Assembly: GCF_009914755.1 (NCBI RefSeq)
Contig: NC_060925.1
DNA length: 64,000 nucleotides
Source of the DNA: the human T2T-CHM13v2.0 reference genome, Homo sapiens
Strand: one strand, 5' to 3'
Position numbers and translations under genes: made by a program. The notes beneath the pieces were generated by a model. It saw nothing but the letters and a program-made list of their open reading frames with translations, was not told the origin of the DNA and ran no database searches. How positions within the stretch are numbered: position 1 is the first letter of the stretch; each line of letters opens with the position of its first letter. Below are positions 26,279 through 41,700 of this stretch, piece by piece.

Positions 26279-27092
26279 TTCTTTTCTTTTCTTTTTTTTT
26301 TAGTATTTATTGATCATTCTTGGGTGTTTCTCGGAGAGGGGGATTTGGCAGGGTCATAGGATAATAGTGGAGGGAAGGTCAGCAGATAAACATGTGAACA
26401 AGGGTCTCTGGTTTTCCTAGGCAGAGGACCCTGCAGCCTTCTGCAGTGTTTGTGTCCCTGGGTACTTGAGATTAGGGAGTGGTGATGACTCTTAACGAGC
26501 ATCCTGCCTTCAAGCATCTGTTTAACAAAGCACATCTTGCACCGCCCTTAATCCATTCAACCCTGAGTGGACACAGCACATGTTTCAGAGAGCACAGGGT
26601 TGGGGGTAAGGTCACAGATCAACAGGATCCCAAGGCAGAAGAAGTTTTCTTAGTACAGAACAAAACGAAAAGTCTCCCATGTCTACTTCTTTCTACACAG
26701 ACACGGCAACCATCCGATTTCTCAATCTTTTCCCCACCTTTCCCCCTTTTCTATTCCACAAAGCCGCCATTGTCATCCTGGCCCGTTCTCAATGAGCTGT
26801 TGGGCACACCTCCCAGACGGGGCGGCTGGCCGGGCAGAGGGGCTCCTCACTTCCCAGTAGGGGCGGCTGGGCAGAGGCGCCCCTCACCTCCCGGACGGGG
26901 CGGCTGGCCGGGCGGGGGGCTGACCCCCCCACCTCCCTCCTGGACGGGGCGGCTGGCCGGGCAGAGGGGCTCCTCACTTCCCAGTAGGGGCGGCCGGGCA
27001 GAGGCGCCCCTCACCTCCCGGACGGGGTGGCTGGCCTGGCGGGGGGCTGACCCCCCCACCTCCCTCCCGGACGGGGTGGCTGGCCGGGCGCT
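26279..27092 (-). mobile_element. 5'-truncated SVA (SINE-R + part of VNTR), antisense in PGBD2 intron 1
   Basis: Poly(T), tttattgatcattcttgggtgtttctcggagaggggg SINE-R, and GC-rich units cctcacctcccggacggggcggctggccggg. Confidence 0.95.
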
Positions 27093-27990
27093 CCCCCAGC
27101 AAATTTTAAAGCACCCTCTGGGTGCTCTACTTCCTCTGTCCACTAACTGCCACTGTTCTGGGTGCAGCAGGGAGACAGAGAAGGATATGACACCAGGTGG
27201 GAGAGTTATTGGAGATGCGCAGAGAGGGGTTGTTGGTCTATTCTTGCAGTTGTAAAAGTGGCCCAGAGTGAGTTGTCCAGGGAAATTAAAATGCATAGAA
27301 AGTTTAATATCTTAAAATGAGAAGTTAACTTGAATCAGCTGTCCAGGTGGCTTGCCAGCAGTCATCACCATTTTGAAAATATTGGCATGGGGTCCCTGTG
27401 GTGCTGAGATATTTCCTTAGCTGGAATCCTTGTGGAAACTCCCATCATCATTGTGTGCATGTGCAAATCCCCCTACTCCTATAATTAATTTCTGTGAGCT
27501 CTGGATAAACAGGGATGCTTCCTGACTTCTGTTTGCATTTCCCCCCAGTATTACTGCATTTTATCAGTTTACTGACAGGGTCAGGGCGACTGGTTTTCCA
27601 TTAAATTATTCAAGCGTGACTGTCTAATCTCCTGGAAAACTAATTAGATGCCCTTGGACACTAACACTTTCTAAATCTGTTGTGATTTTGTTCTGCATCG
27701 CTGGGCAAGTCACTTCTTTCCATGCCTCAGTTTCCTCAATGGTTAAATGGGGGTTACTACAACCTCAAGAAGATATGAAAGGACTGAAATGCATTGACAT
27801 CGGTAAAAATGCTTAAAACAGTACTCTGCACTTAAGTGCTCACTTGCTAAAAGGGTTTCTAATGTCTTTACTCCAAAATATTTCAAACATACAGAAAATA
27901 CAGAGAAAAATATATCAACATCCATGTCCCCACCTCCCAGATTTAACACATATTAACACATTTTGCCATATTTGATTCAGATTTTTTTTT

Positions 27991-28094
27991 AAATATGGAA
28001 CACTTACGAATTTGCATGTCCTCTTTGTGGACAGGCTATGCTAATCTTCTCAGTATTGGTCCAATTTTAGTATATGTGCTGCCGAAGTGAGCGC
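27991..28094 (-). pseudogene. RNU6-1205P: U6 snRNA processed pseudogene (probably RNU6-1205P)
   Basis: Reverse complement follows full U6 (G[T/C]GCTC...CTTCGGCAGCACATATACTAAAATTGG...GAGAAGATTAGCAT...CAAATTCGT...TTCCATATTT); flanked by tcagatttt; number recalled from locus. Confidence 0.85.
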
Positions 28095-28099
28095 TCAGA

Positions 28100-28400
28100 T
28101 TTTTTTTTTTTTTTTTTTTGAGATGGGGTTTCACTCCTGTTGCCCAGGCTGGAGTGTAATGGTGCGATCTCGGCTCACTGCAGCCTCGCCTCCTGGGTTC
28201 CAGCGATTCTCCTGCCTCAGCCTCCTGAGTAGCTGGGATTACAGGCATGTGCCACCACGCCTGGCTAATTTTGTAGTTTTAGTAGACACGGGGTTTCTCC
28301 ATGTTGGTCAGGCTGGTCTCGAACTCCCGACCTCAGGTGATCTGCCCGCCTCGGCCTCCCAAAGTGCTGGGATTACAGGTGTGAGCCACCGCGCCTGGCC
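28100..28400 (-). mobile_element. AluS (Sp/Sq-like) inserted at the U6 5' end
   Basis: Dimeric Alu; TSD gagc(g/a)ctcagatttt. Confidence 0.9.
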
Positions 28401-29161
28401 AGAGCACTCAGATTTTATAAAAAGAACTAACAGATCTGGTTGGCCTTCCTCTCCCCCCTCACCCCATCTCATCTTCCACTTCCTCACTCCAGTTTCCCTC
28501 CCTCCCCTGTGGGTACCCCTTCTGTGAAGAGCTAGTGTGTAGCCTTCCAGTTCTGGTTTTATACTCCTTCCCTGCACATAGTATCTGCTGAGAACACAGG
28601 GAATTTCTTGTGGGTATTTATAGTTATATAAGTGGTGTTCTGCACTTTCTCTCTGCAGCTTTGTTTCATTAAGTGTTGTTTTCAGGATCTGTCTGCTGTC
28701 TAGGTAGTTCATTTTTTTAAACTTCTAATTAATATATTCATTTCCCAGTTGGTAGTCTTTTAGGTTTTTCTGATGTTTAGCTATTATGGATCGTGCAGCG
28801 GGATGTTCTACTGGCATCTATTAGTAGAAGCCAGGGATGCCGCTAAACATCCTAGAATGCAGTGGAAAGCCCCGCCACCCCACAAGGGAAGACTCATCTA
28901 GCCCCAAATATCATCTACTTTAGAATGTATTTTGGTGTGAGTTGTGAGATGAAGGAGTTTGTTCTTTTCCCTCTGAATAACCAGTCGACCCAGACACTAT
29001 TAAGGTGGTGAATCTTAAGTCAAATATATTTTTCCCTTAAATGGTAGAAAAGATCCTGTTGCCTTGCTTCTTAAGATACAATTTTTTTTTAAATTGACTT
29101 TTCTTGTCTTACAGGTTCTTAGACTCTGTGAGTAAAGACAGCTTCATCTTCCCAGTTCATC

Positions 29162-29178
29162 ATGGCTTCAACATCCAG
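29162..29178 (+). CDS. PGBD2: PGBD2 coding part of exon 2 (exon 29115-29178): MASTS + first 2 nt of Arg codon
   Basis: Acceptor ttcttgtcttacag|g, start atcATGG, donor CAG|gtagga; 17 coding nt splice in frame to exon 3. Confidence 0.9.
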
Positions 29179-30577
29179 GTAGGAGTGCTGTTTGATCAAA
29201 TGTTTTATTGAAGAATTTATTCCCCTATGCTTTTGAAAGGCCAGGTCCATGACATTTTTAGCTCTTGGCCTCAGTATAACAGTTGGTGTCCAGGAAGTAT
29301 AAAGGAAGAAGGGAGAGGAGATGGGAGAAGAATGGGAAAAATGGGAAAAGGCTGACAGTTGCATGGTGTGGGTGTGGTTATGTAGCACTAATGTTTACAC
29401 TCGATAGAAAACCATGACTTCACTTTCCTCATCTTTCAAGATAAAGACACCAGATGGTTACTCCTGGGGCCACCTCAGTCCCCGCAGGGTTTCTCATGCC
29501 TGGGGTTTGAACAGTCATGTGCAGAAGTTGTTTGAGAGTCTGGGGGTGAGCTGGAGCTTGGGCAGTCAAGCCTGGTAGAGACCTGGAGCTTGCAGCCTTG
29601 GCTCTGCCCCTGTGAACTGGGTGAGGACAGGTCAGGAAAGCGTGAAGATGGCTGCTGTACCCCTTACTCCAAGGTCCATGAGAAGGGCTTTTAATTTTCT
29701 TTCCCTTTAAGCCGGTCTCTTTTTCTGGCCCATGCAGAGCTTGGATGAGTGAATACCTCACCTCCCTGGAGGTCAGCATGGCAGCTGACAGTCAGTCTCC
29801 AGGAAGTGAGGTTGGAGTGAATTTCTAATGCAGCCTGAACTCCAAAGTCCATGGGCAGGTCTGTACTGATGCAGCTTCTGTGGTAAATCCTGCATCCTTC
29901 TGTTGGGATGGAGGGTCCTCACGTAGAGGTTGGGGCCTGCAAAGGGGCACAGGGAAGCTGCAGGGACCTCTGTGCCTACCCTCCATGCTGAGTCCATTCT
30001 CATAGCCAGGGTGATGTGTTTACAGCCTAGATATGATTCCTCACTACCCTGTTCCATGGTTCACCCCCACCCCTGGGGCTACGTATGGCAGCTGAACACT
30101 GGAAGTCCTGGCCAGGGCCTGTGGAGTCCTGTGGGGCCTGGTTCTCTCTGGCTCTGCTCTGCTCTCTTGTCTTCATTGCACCTGCAGCCTCGCTGATCTC
30201 CTTGCCGTTCTGCAGATGTTGAATCCCTTCAGTGTCAGGGCTGTGTGCCTGTGGTTCTTTCTCTCTGCCTGGGACATCTTGTCTCCAGCTGTCTGTAGGG
30301 CTCTTTCTCTCACCTCCTTCAGGTCTCCCACTCTGTGAGCCTTCTCTCACCATTCTGTCCAAAATAGCAGCCCTAGCTCTACCCCTTTGTTGCATTCTGT
30401 CCTTATCCGGGATGGCATTCATTGCTACCTGACACCATCCTGCATAGCTACTTGTCTGTTGATTTGTTGTCTGACTCCTCCAATTAGAACTAAAGTGCTG
30501 TGCAGGGTGGGAGTGGAGTGTACCCATCGCCAGCCCCTGGGCAGCACCTGCTCACTGTCTGTGCTCAAATGCAAGTA

Positions 30578-30929
30578 CAGAGAGTCTCCCACTTAGCGTG
30601 GTTCAACTTAAGATGGTGTAAAAGCCAGATACATTCTGTAGAAACTGTACTTTCAGTACCCATACTGTCACTCTGTTTTTCACTTTCAGTCCAGTAGTCA
30701 ATAAATTATATGAGCTATTTAATACTTAATTATAAAATAGGCTTTGTGTTAGATGACTTTTTTCCCAACCATAGGCTAATGTAAATGTTCTGAGCACGAT
30801 TAAGGTAGGCTAGGCTACACTACGATGTTTGGTAGGTTAGGTGTATTAAATGCATTTTTGACTTATGACATTTTTAACTCATGATGGGTTTATTGGGATG
30901 TAACCTGATTGTAAGTCGAGGAGCACCTG
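30578..30929 (-). mobile_element. MER47A-like Tigger (Tc1/mariner-pogo) MITE
   Basis: Ends in gtaagtcgaggagcacctg, TA dinucleotides flank both ends. Confidence 0.75.
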
Positions 30930-31430
30930 TATCACTCACCATCCATTTGGTTCCTATGTCCACAGGGCCAGAGAGTGTCAGGAGTTTCCATGTTTTCCAA
31001 ATTGATTTGGCTTCTGAATTGCAGTTAGCATACAGTAGGATAACCGCAAGGGAGCTATCTGAAAATCCAGATCTGCTCAGTTCTTGAATTTGGGTAGTGA
31101 GAGTTCAAGTTGGGAGAGTTTGAGAATTTGGGGAATGAGGGAAACTTCTATTTGTCAATAAGAGAGGGAAGGTATAGTAAGACAAATGTAATTGCAGAGC
31201 TCCTAGGGCCATTGAGTCTGAGGGGACAGGAGTGGGTGTCACTGCAGCTGCCCAGGGCTCCCTGTTGCCAGTTTCTGTTATCTGGGGTGATGACAGCAGC
31301 ATCTGGATTCATCACTAAAGGGACCCTCTGCTTTAGAGTACATCGTTTAAGAAGGAAAGGAAGTAGGTAAGACCCGTTTATTCCGTCTCCCATTGTTAAA
31401 ATACTTCTGCACTTAAAAGCAGAATCTGTG

Positions 31431-31722
31431 GGCCGGGTGCCATGGCTCACGCCTGTAATCCCAGCACTTTGGGAGGCTGAGGCAGGTGGATCACGAGGTC
31501 AGGAGATCCATACCATCCTGACTAACACGGTGAAACCCCATCTCTACTAAAAATATAAAAAAATTAGCCGGGCATGGTGGCACGCACCTGTAGTCCCAGG
31601 TACTCGGGAGGCTGAGGCAGGAGAATCGCTTGAACCCAGGAGGCGGAGGTTGCAATGCACCACTGCACTCCAGCCTGGGTGACAGAGCATGACTCCGTCT
31701 AAAAAAAAAAATTATAACAATA
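31431..31722 (+). mobile_element. AluY/Sc-type Alu in PGBD2 intron 2
   Basis: Perfect 16-bp TSD aaaagcagaatctgtg (31415-31430 and 31723-31738). Confidence 0.92.
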
Positions 31723-31900
31723 AAAAGCAGAATCTGTGTTTAGCTGGAAAATTTACTTACTAAATGCGGTGCCTTGTGATGCCAGATCTGTGAAGCCATT
31801 CAAGTGGAAGTGTTTTATAGTGGGAGCACCCTCCTCTTTTCTGCTGAAGCATTGGCTTTCTGGCATGGCCTCTTCCTGATTCTGTTTCCTGTCATAACAG

Positions 31901-33662
31901 AGATGTCATTGCTGGGAGAGGTATCCACTCAAAGGTGAAGTCTGCAAAGCTGCTTGAGGTTCTGAATGCTATGGAGGAGGAAGAGTCCAACAACAACAGG
32001 GAAGAGATTTTCATTGCACCTCCCGACAATGCTGCGGGGGAATTCACTGATGAGGACTCAGGGGATGAAGACAGCCAGCGAGGTGCTCACCTACCTGGCA
32101 GTGTGCTGCATGCTTCAGTCCTGTGTGAGGACTCTGGCACCGGGGAGGATAATGACGACCTGGAGCTGCAGCCAGCCAAGAAGAGGCAGAAAGCAGTTGT
32201 GAAACCTCAGCGCATTTGGACCAAAAGAGATATTCGTCCAGACTTTGGCAGTTGGACTGCATCAGATCCTCATATTGAGGATCTGAAAAGCCAAGAGCTG
32301 AGTCCCGTGGGCCTTTTTGAGTTGTTTTTTGATGAAGGAACAATTAATTTCATTGTTAATGAAACCAATCGTTATGCTTGGCAGAAAAATGTCAATTTGA
32401 GTCTTACGGCTCAGGAATTGAAGTGTGTTTTGGGCATTTTGATTTTAAGTGGGTACATCTCTTATCCAAGGAGAAGGATGTTCTGGGAAACCTCTCCCGA
32501 TTCACATCATCATCTTGTGGCTGATGCAATTAGAAGGGACAGATTTGAACTAATCTTCTCATACTTACATTTTGCAGATAACAACGAACTTGATGCAAGT
32601 GATAGGTTTGCCAAGGTCAGACCTCTCATCATCCGGATGAACTGCAATTTCCAGAAGCATGCACCCTTGGAAGAGTTCTACAGCTTTGGCGAGTCTATGT
32701 GTGAGTACTTTGGGCACCGGGGGTCCAAGCAGCTGCACAGGGGGAAGCCTGTGCGACTTGGCTACAAGATTTGGTGTGGGACAACCAGCAGAGGCTACTT
32801 GGTGTGGTTTGAGCCCTCACAGGGCACACTGTTTACCAAGCCAGACAGGAGCTTGGATCTAGGAGGCAGTATGGTAATAAAATTTGTGGATGCGCTTCAG
32901 GAGCGTGGTTTTCTGCCATATCACATATTTTTTGACAAGGTTTTCACAAGTGTTAAACTGATGTCCATTTTGAGGAAAAAGGGGGTGAAAGCCACAGGAA
33001 CTGTTCGTGAGTACAGGACTGAGCGATGTCCCCTAAAAGACCCCAAAGAACTGAAAAAAATGAAGAGGGGTTCATTTGATTACAAAGTCGATGAGAGTGA
33101 GGAGATCATCGTGTGCCGCTGGCACGATAGCAGCGTGGTCAACATTTGCTCCAATGCTGTGGGCATAGAGCCAGTGAGGCTGACCAGTCGTCACTCTGGA
33201 GCAGCTAAAACGCGGACTCAGGTCCACCAGCCATCACTGGTGAAGCTGTATCAGGAGAAGGTGGGTGGCGTTGGTAGGATGGATCAGAATATTGCCAAGT
33301 ACAAGGTGAAGATCCGAGGCATGAAGTGGTACTCAAGCTTTATTGGCTATGTCATTGATGCTGCCCTCAACAATGCATGGCAGCTGCATAGAATCTGCTG
33401 CCAAGATGCCCAGGTGGACCTCCTTGCCTTCCGGAGATACATTGCCTGTGTGTATCTGGAGAGCAATGCTGACACAACATCTCAAGGGAGGCGAAGCAGG
33501 CGGTTGGAGACTGAGAGCCGCTTCGATATGATTGGGCACTGGATTATCCATCAGGACAAGAGGACCCGGTGTGCCCTCTGCCACTCACAGACCAACACCC
33601 GGTGTGAGAAGTGCCAGAAGGGTGTCCATGCCAAATGCTTCAGGGAGTACCACATCCGGTGA
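31901..33662 (+). CDS. PGBD2: PGBD2 exon 3: piggyBac transposable element-derived protein 2 (592 aa in total, MASTSRDVIAGRGIHSKVKSAK...)
   Basis: Acceptor ttcctgtcataacag|a; intact ORF with piggyBac motifs (ETNRYA, RDRFELI, DRFAKVRP, KPVRLGYKIW, FFDKVFTS, WHDS, GGVGRMDQ, NAW) and C-terminal Cys/His-rich domain. Confidence 0.96.
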
Positions 33663-33922
33663 CATCATGAGACATGCTTCTTTGGTTTATAATGAGATGT
33701 TTACAGTTAAATACAGATGGCAGTTGAGCACTTCTGTTTTGTGTTGGAAAAAAGACCTGAATTTCTAATGACTTGATTTTCTATTTTCTCCCTACCCACA
33801 ATACAGTTATCTTTTTTATTGTGTCGTGTTATGCCTACATGTGATATAAATTAATATTTATATTCATTTATATTTATATTTTTGAACTTATTTATTTAAA
33901 GTTATGGATCACTTTTTATTCA

Positions 33923-33928
33923 AATAAA
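33923..33928 (+). terminator. PGBD2: PGBD2 polyadenylation signal AATAAA
   Basis: AATAAA 260 nt after the stop, followed by a GT-rich tract. Confidence 0.7.
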
Positions 33929-34234
33929 AGTTGTGCTTTGGGGTATATTTGAATCCTAGCAAGAATAATCAAAGGAAGACTTGCAAGAACAGTAAGAAGA
34001 CTTTACCATTGCATGCCATGGTTTATAATCTAAGATAGGCAATAGTGTATAAATATCATGTAAATGTGATGGATTTCTTAATCATATTTATTTCATATTA
34101 ATCCAAGTTTATCAAACTTTTGAGGGATAATCTGCCTTGTATTTAGTCAGAGGGCTAGAGGTGCAGATTTCATATTTTCTTAATGAAAATATTTTCCTAA
34201 TACACATATATCAATGTGAGATTCATTTTTGTAA

Positions 34235-35178
34235 AAAAAATTATTTTTTTAATTTTGTGGGTACATAGTAGGAGTGTATTTTTATGGGTTACATGAGATA
34301 TTCTGATACAAACATGCAATGTATAAAAATCACATCAGGGTAAATGGGGTATCCATCTTGTCAAACACTTGTCCTTTGTGTTTCAAACAATCCAATTATA
34401 CTGTTAGTTATTTTAAAATGTGCAATTAAATTATTTTTAACTATATTCACCCTGTTGTGCTAGCAAATACTAGGTCTTACTCATTCTTTCTATTTTTTCA
34501 TACCCATTAACTATTCCCACTCTCCCCCACCCCCTAACTACCCTTTCCAAGCTCTGGTAACCTTCTTTCCACTCTGTGTGTCCATGAGTTCAATTGTTTT
34601 CATTTTTAGCTCCCACAAATAAGTGAGAACATCTGAAGTTTGTCTGTCTTTGCTTGGCTTATTTCACTTAACATAATGACCTCCAGTTCCATTCATGTTG
34701 TTGCAAATGACTGAATATCATTTTTTTGTGGCTAAATATTAATCACACTTCATTGTGTATATGTACATTTTCTTTATCCATTCTTCTGTTGATGGACACT
34801 TAGGTTGCTCCCAAATCATGACTATTGAGAATAGTGCAGAAAATAAACATGAGTTCAGATCTTTCTTCAATATACTGATTTTTTTTTCTTTTGGATGTAT
34901 ACTTAGGAATGGGATTCCTGAATCATATGGTAGCTCTATTTTTAGTTTTTGAGGAAGCTTCAAACTGTTCTCCATAGAGGTTGTACTAATTTACATTCCC
35001 ACCAGCAGTGTTCAAGGGTTCCCTTTTCTCCACATCCTTGCCAGCATTTGTTATTGTCTGTCTTTTGGATTACAGCCATTTCTGCCCGGATGAGATATCT
35101 CAATGTAGTTTTCACTTGCATTTTTCTGTTGATCAGTGATGTTGAGCACTTTTTTTATACCTGTTTGCCATTTGTACC
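34235..35178 (-). mobile_element. L1MA-type 3' fragment
   Basis: ORF 34739..34975(-) LKIELPYDSGIPFLSIHPKE...WEQPKCPSTEEWIKK. Confidence 0.85.
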
Positions 35179-35437
35179 TTTTGTTTTTATTTTGAGATGG
35201 AGTTGCCTTGTCACCCAGGCTGGAATGCAGTGGTGCGCAATCTCGGCTCACTGCATCCTCTGTCTCCTGGGCTCAAGTGATTCTCCTGCCTCAGCCTCCC
35301 AAGTAGCTGGGATTACAGGCACCCACCACCACACCCGGCTAATTTTTCTATTTTTAGTAGAGATGGTGTTTCACCATGTTGGCCAGGCTGGTCTTGAACT
35401 CTTGAGCTCAAGTGATTTGCCCACCTCAGCCTCCCAG
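35178..35437 (-). mobile_element. AluS lacking its 5' ~40 nt
   Basis: Alu consensus stops at cctcagcctccca, then L1 tail begins. Confidence 0.85.
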
Positions 35438-35444
35438 TATATAT

Positions 35445-38774
<3,330 letters not shown>

Positions 38775-41700
38775 GCCACCAGCCCAGCTCGCATCATCGT
38801 TTACATGGAAATGTTGGGACTGAGGTGACCTCATGCCTCTCAGTTCCCAGCGAGCTTTCTCTCCCACTGGCTCTTAGCCAGCCTGTTAAACAGAAAATAA
38901 TCAGACAAATAAAAAACACTCTAGTGTTCTAGCAAGTTACACATTATTGCTTGCTTACCAATTGTCTATCTTAGAACTTTCTTTTCCTCATACAGTCAAT
39001 ATAATCGTATGTGTTAAATTTGGCTTTTGCCATTTTACAGTCCAAGATGCAGGACTTTGCATAGGGCACGGATGGATTTCCACAGTCAGCATAAGGATGG
39101 GAGGAGAACAGGGCAGATCCAGCCCCACTCAGTGAGAATTCTGGCTGGAGTTACTTGGCTGGACCTCACTCCAGAGAGAGGAGAACTTTCTCTGGACCAG
39201 CTACCAAGACAGCTCCTAGTTGGAAAATGTTTTCTTCTAAGGTGAGATGCAGCCCCCACTGGACAGGAAAACACCAGAGAGTTTTAAAAAGGAAAAAACC
39301 AAGGTAAGCCGTGGAGCTTCTTGACAGGGGACACAGAAGAGTCCACCCAGCTGGGGTGAATCTCAGTTCCCCAATGGGACGGCGTGTGGGAGCCACAAGT
39401 CACTGGCCCCTATAGCGTGGGAGCAGTGTGAGCCATCTGCAGTGGCATTGTCTCCTCCAGCAGCAGCGTCCATCCAGAAATCCATCTCCCAGGTCTTGCT
39501 GGAGGTCATTCTGTGTGAAGTTGATGGAGTTCTTTCTTATGCGCTTTTTTTCTAAGTGTGGGAGAGCATGGCCTTCATGACTGCTGGCTTCCAGCACGTG
39601 GCGTGCAAACCCAAGCCAGGGTGTGTAATTCACTGTAGCCCTTGACAGAATAACGGGATAAAAGTCATTTTTTAATCTTCTATTTATTACCCTCAGCCAA
39701 TTAACTTGTATCTACAGTAGAAGATATTTTGCCAAATTTTTTTTCAAAATGGAGAAATACCTTGCTCTTAAGTCTTTTAGAGGCACAGACTTCTCAATTT
39801 CATTAAATTAAAATCACTAAAAGATAGAAAAAAGTGACATTCACATATCAAAAGAAGTTCTCTTTTGTCAGAATACTCTATTTTGGTTTGAAATGTTTGT
39901 GAATTTCCCATGCATGTGTCCAGATGCATAGGGAGTTTATTCATTCAATTAAGTTAAAACATTAGATAACATGGTAAATTCAAAAAGTAGCAAAGACACA
40001 TTTTGTTTCTGTCTCTTTAACTGAGAAAACTGGTTGATGCCTCCTGTGTGTGAGCACCATGTAGCTGATGCAGATACAGAAACTGAGGTTTTCTTACTTG
40101 CTGCCACTGGCCCCGGCACTGGAGGTTGGCTCTGGGAGGGCAGGGTGTCTGTTTTTCTTACCACTCAGCAAGTGCCACACAAATATAAATGGGTGTCTCT
40201 GCCCTCTAGTGGATTCTGGCAGGCACTGGGAGCAAATGTGACTATAAAAAAAGTGAAAGATGTAAAAAATACACATTATCTCCAGAGGGGATTTAATTCT
40301 AACGGAGGGCTTTTTTTTTTCTTTTTCAAATGGGCTGATGGGTAAAAATGCAAGACTGGATATGTTGGAAAAAAGCACATTGCATTTGCCTTTTGGCATC
40401 TGTGATGACTGAGTCCTTCCTCAGCGCTGCCACAGGGAGCACATTCACACGTGTGTCACACAAATACCAAGGTTAGGTCAAAAAACCAAGTGTTACCTGG
40501 AGGAAGCCACAAAGACTATGAGACCAAGACCTCACCTAGAAGACACTTGATAGTTCAGAAGCCGAGATCCTGCGAGGTGTCTCAGAGAGCTCAGCTGTGA
40601 CCCCGCACTGTATGGAAGGGCGGGCAGTGGGGCCCAGGCAGGGGAAGAGAATTGTCCACTGTTGAGCATCATCATTCTAAAACCCACATGTAATGCTATT
40701 GCTGCAAAACCGCTGACTGTTGAAGCCACAAACCACAGAAACAGACTCCCTTTATGGTCCTCACTGTGCAACCGGTGGCTTTTCAGAAGATGAAGATTCA
40801 ACATATTAATCATAAATTCAAAGCATCAGAAGAAATACTAGGATATTTTCTAACCTCTGCTACCATGACTTTTTTTTTTTTTTTTTGGCGAGATTCGTGA
40901 ATTATTGTAAATAAGTTCACAGAGGCCAAAGTGCTCCCCTGAAGTCATCCAGGAAGAGGCAGGCTGCTAATCCCCACATCTGAGACATCTGTGTTTTCTT
41001 AGGATAATAAGGGAAAGAGAGAGGGACAGAAATAGACAGACAGAGAATTGGAGCTAAGAGGAAACATTTTCAGATTTTGCCCCCCAAAATTCCCAGTGAA
41101 CATTCCCATTGCCAGCGGGGGAGTTCCAAGGCCCTGGCTCCAGGATCCTGCTCTTTCCTTTGGTGACTCCTGTACAGATTTGGCATAGAAACAATATGGA
41201 ACTTGTTACACTTCTCTGGACAAGTCATTATGCTTTTGGCTCACAGGCTCCACTTCTCTGGACACCCCTTCACCCTAAGCTTCAAGTAATTCAGCTTCAC
41301 CCTTCAGAGAAGAGCTCAGCTGTCACTTCCTCTAAGGACCCTCCCCAGCCGCCTCTCCAGCAGAAGGGCCTCCACCTTGCTTTTTGCACATCTGTCCCTC
41401 GAGGTGCTGCTGTTCTCTGTGGAGCTGAAAAAAGGTGGTGATGCCCTGAAATTCAGCAAACTGCAGGGACACGTGTTGTTCTACCCCAGGTCAGAGTGTG
41501 TCGGTCATCACTTGATGCCACTCACAGACCACCAACTTCAGAATATCTAGGTGTAAAGCTCTGTACAAAAGTTGTAACATAATAATGTAAATAATTTTAC
41601 ATTATTATTAATAAATTATATTACACTATTACATAATGTAAAGGCTATTAAAACATATTTGTCTTCAAAGAATGGCCTTGGTTTCTGTGGGCAGTGTCTC

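Noticed and set aside
26479-27255. 258-aa ORF
   Set aside because: Antisense reading of SVA SINE-R/VNTR
31935-31937. GTG start assigned by the ORF track to the 575-aa ORF
   Set aside because: The frame extends to the acceptor at 31901 and joins the ATG at 29162
31380-34100. piggyBac TIRs / TTAA TSD around PGBD2
   Set aside because: TTAA sites occur but no matching CCC...GGG inverted termini were found by eye
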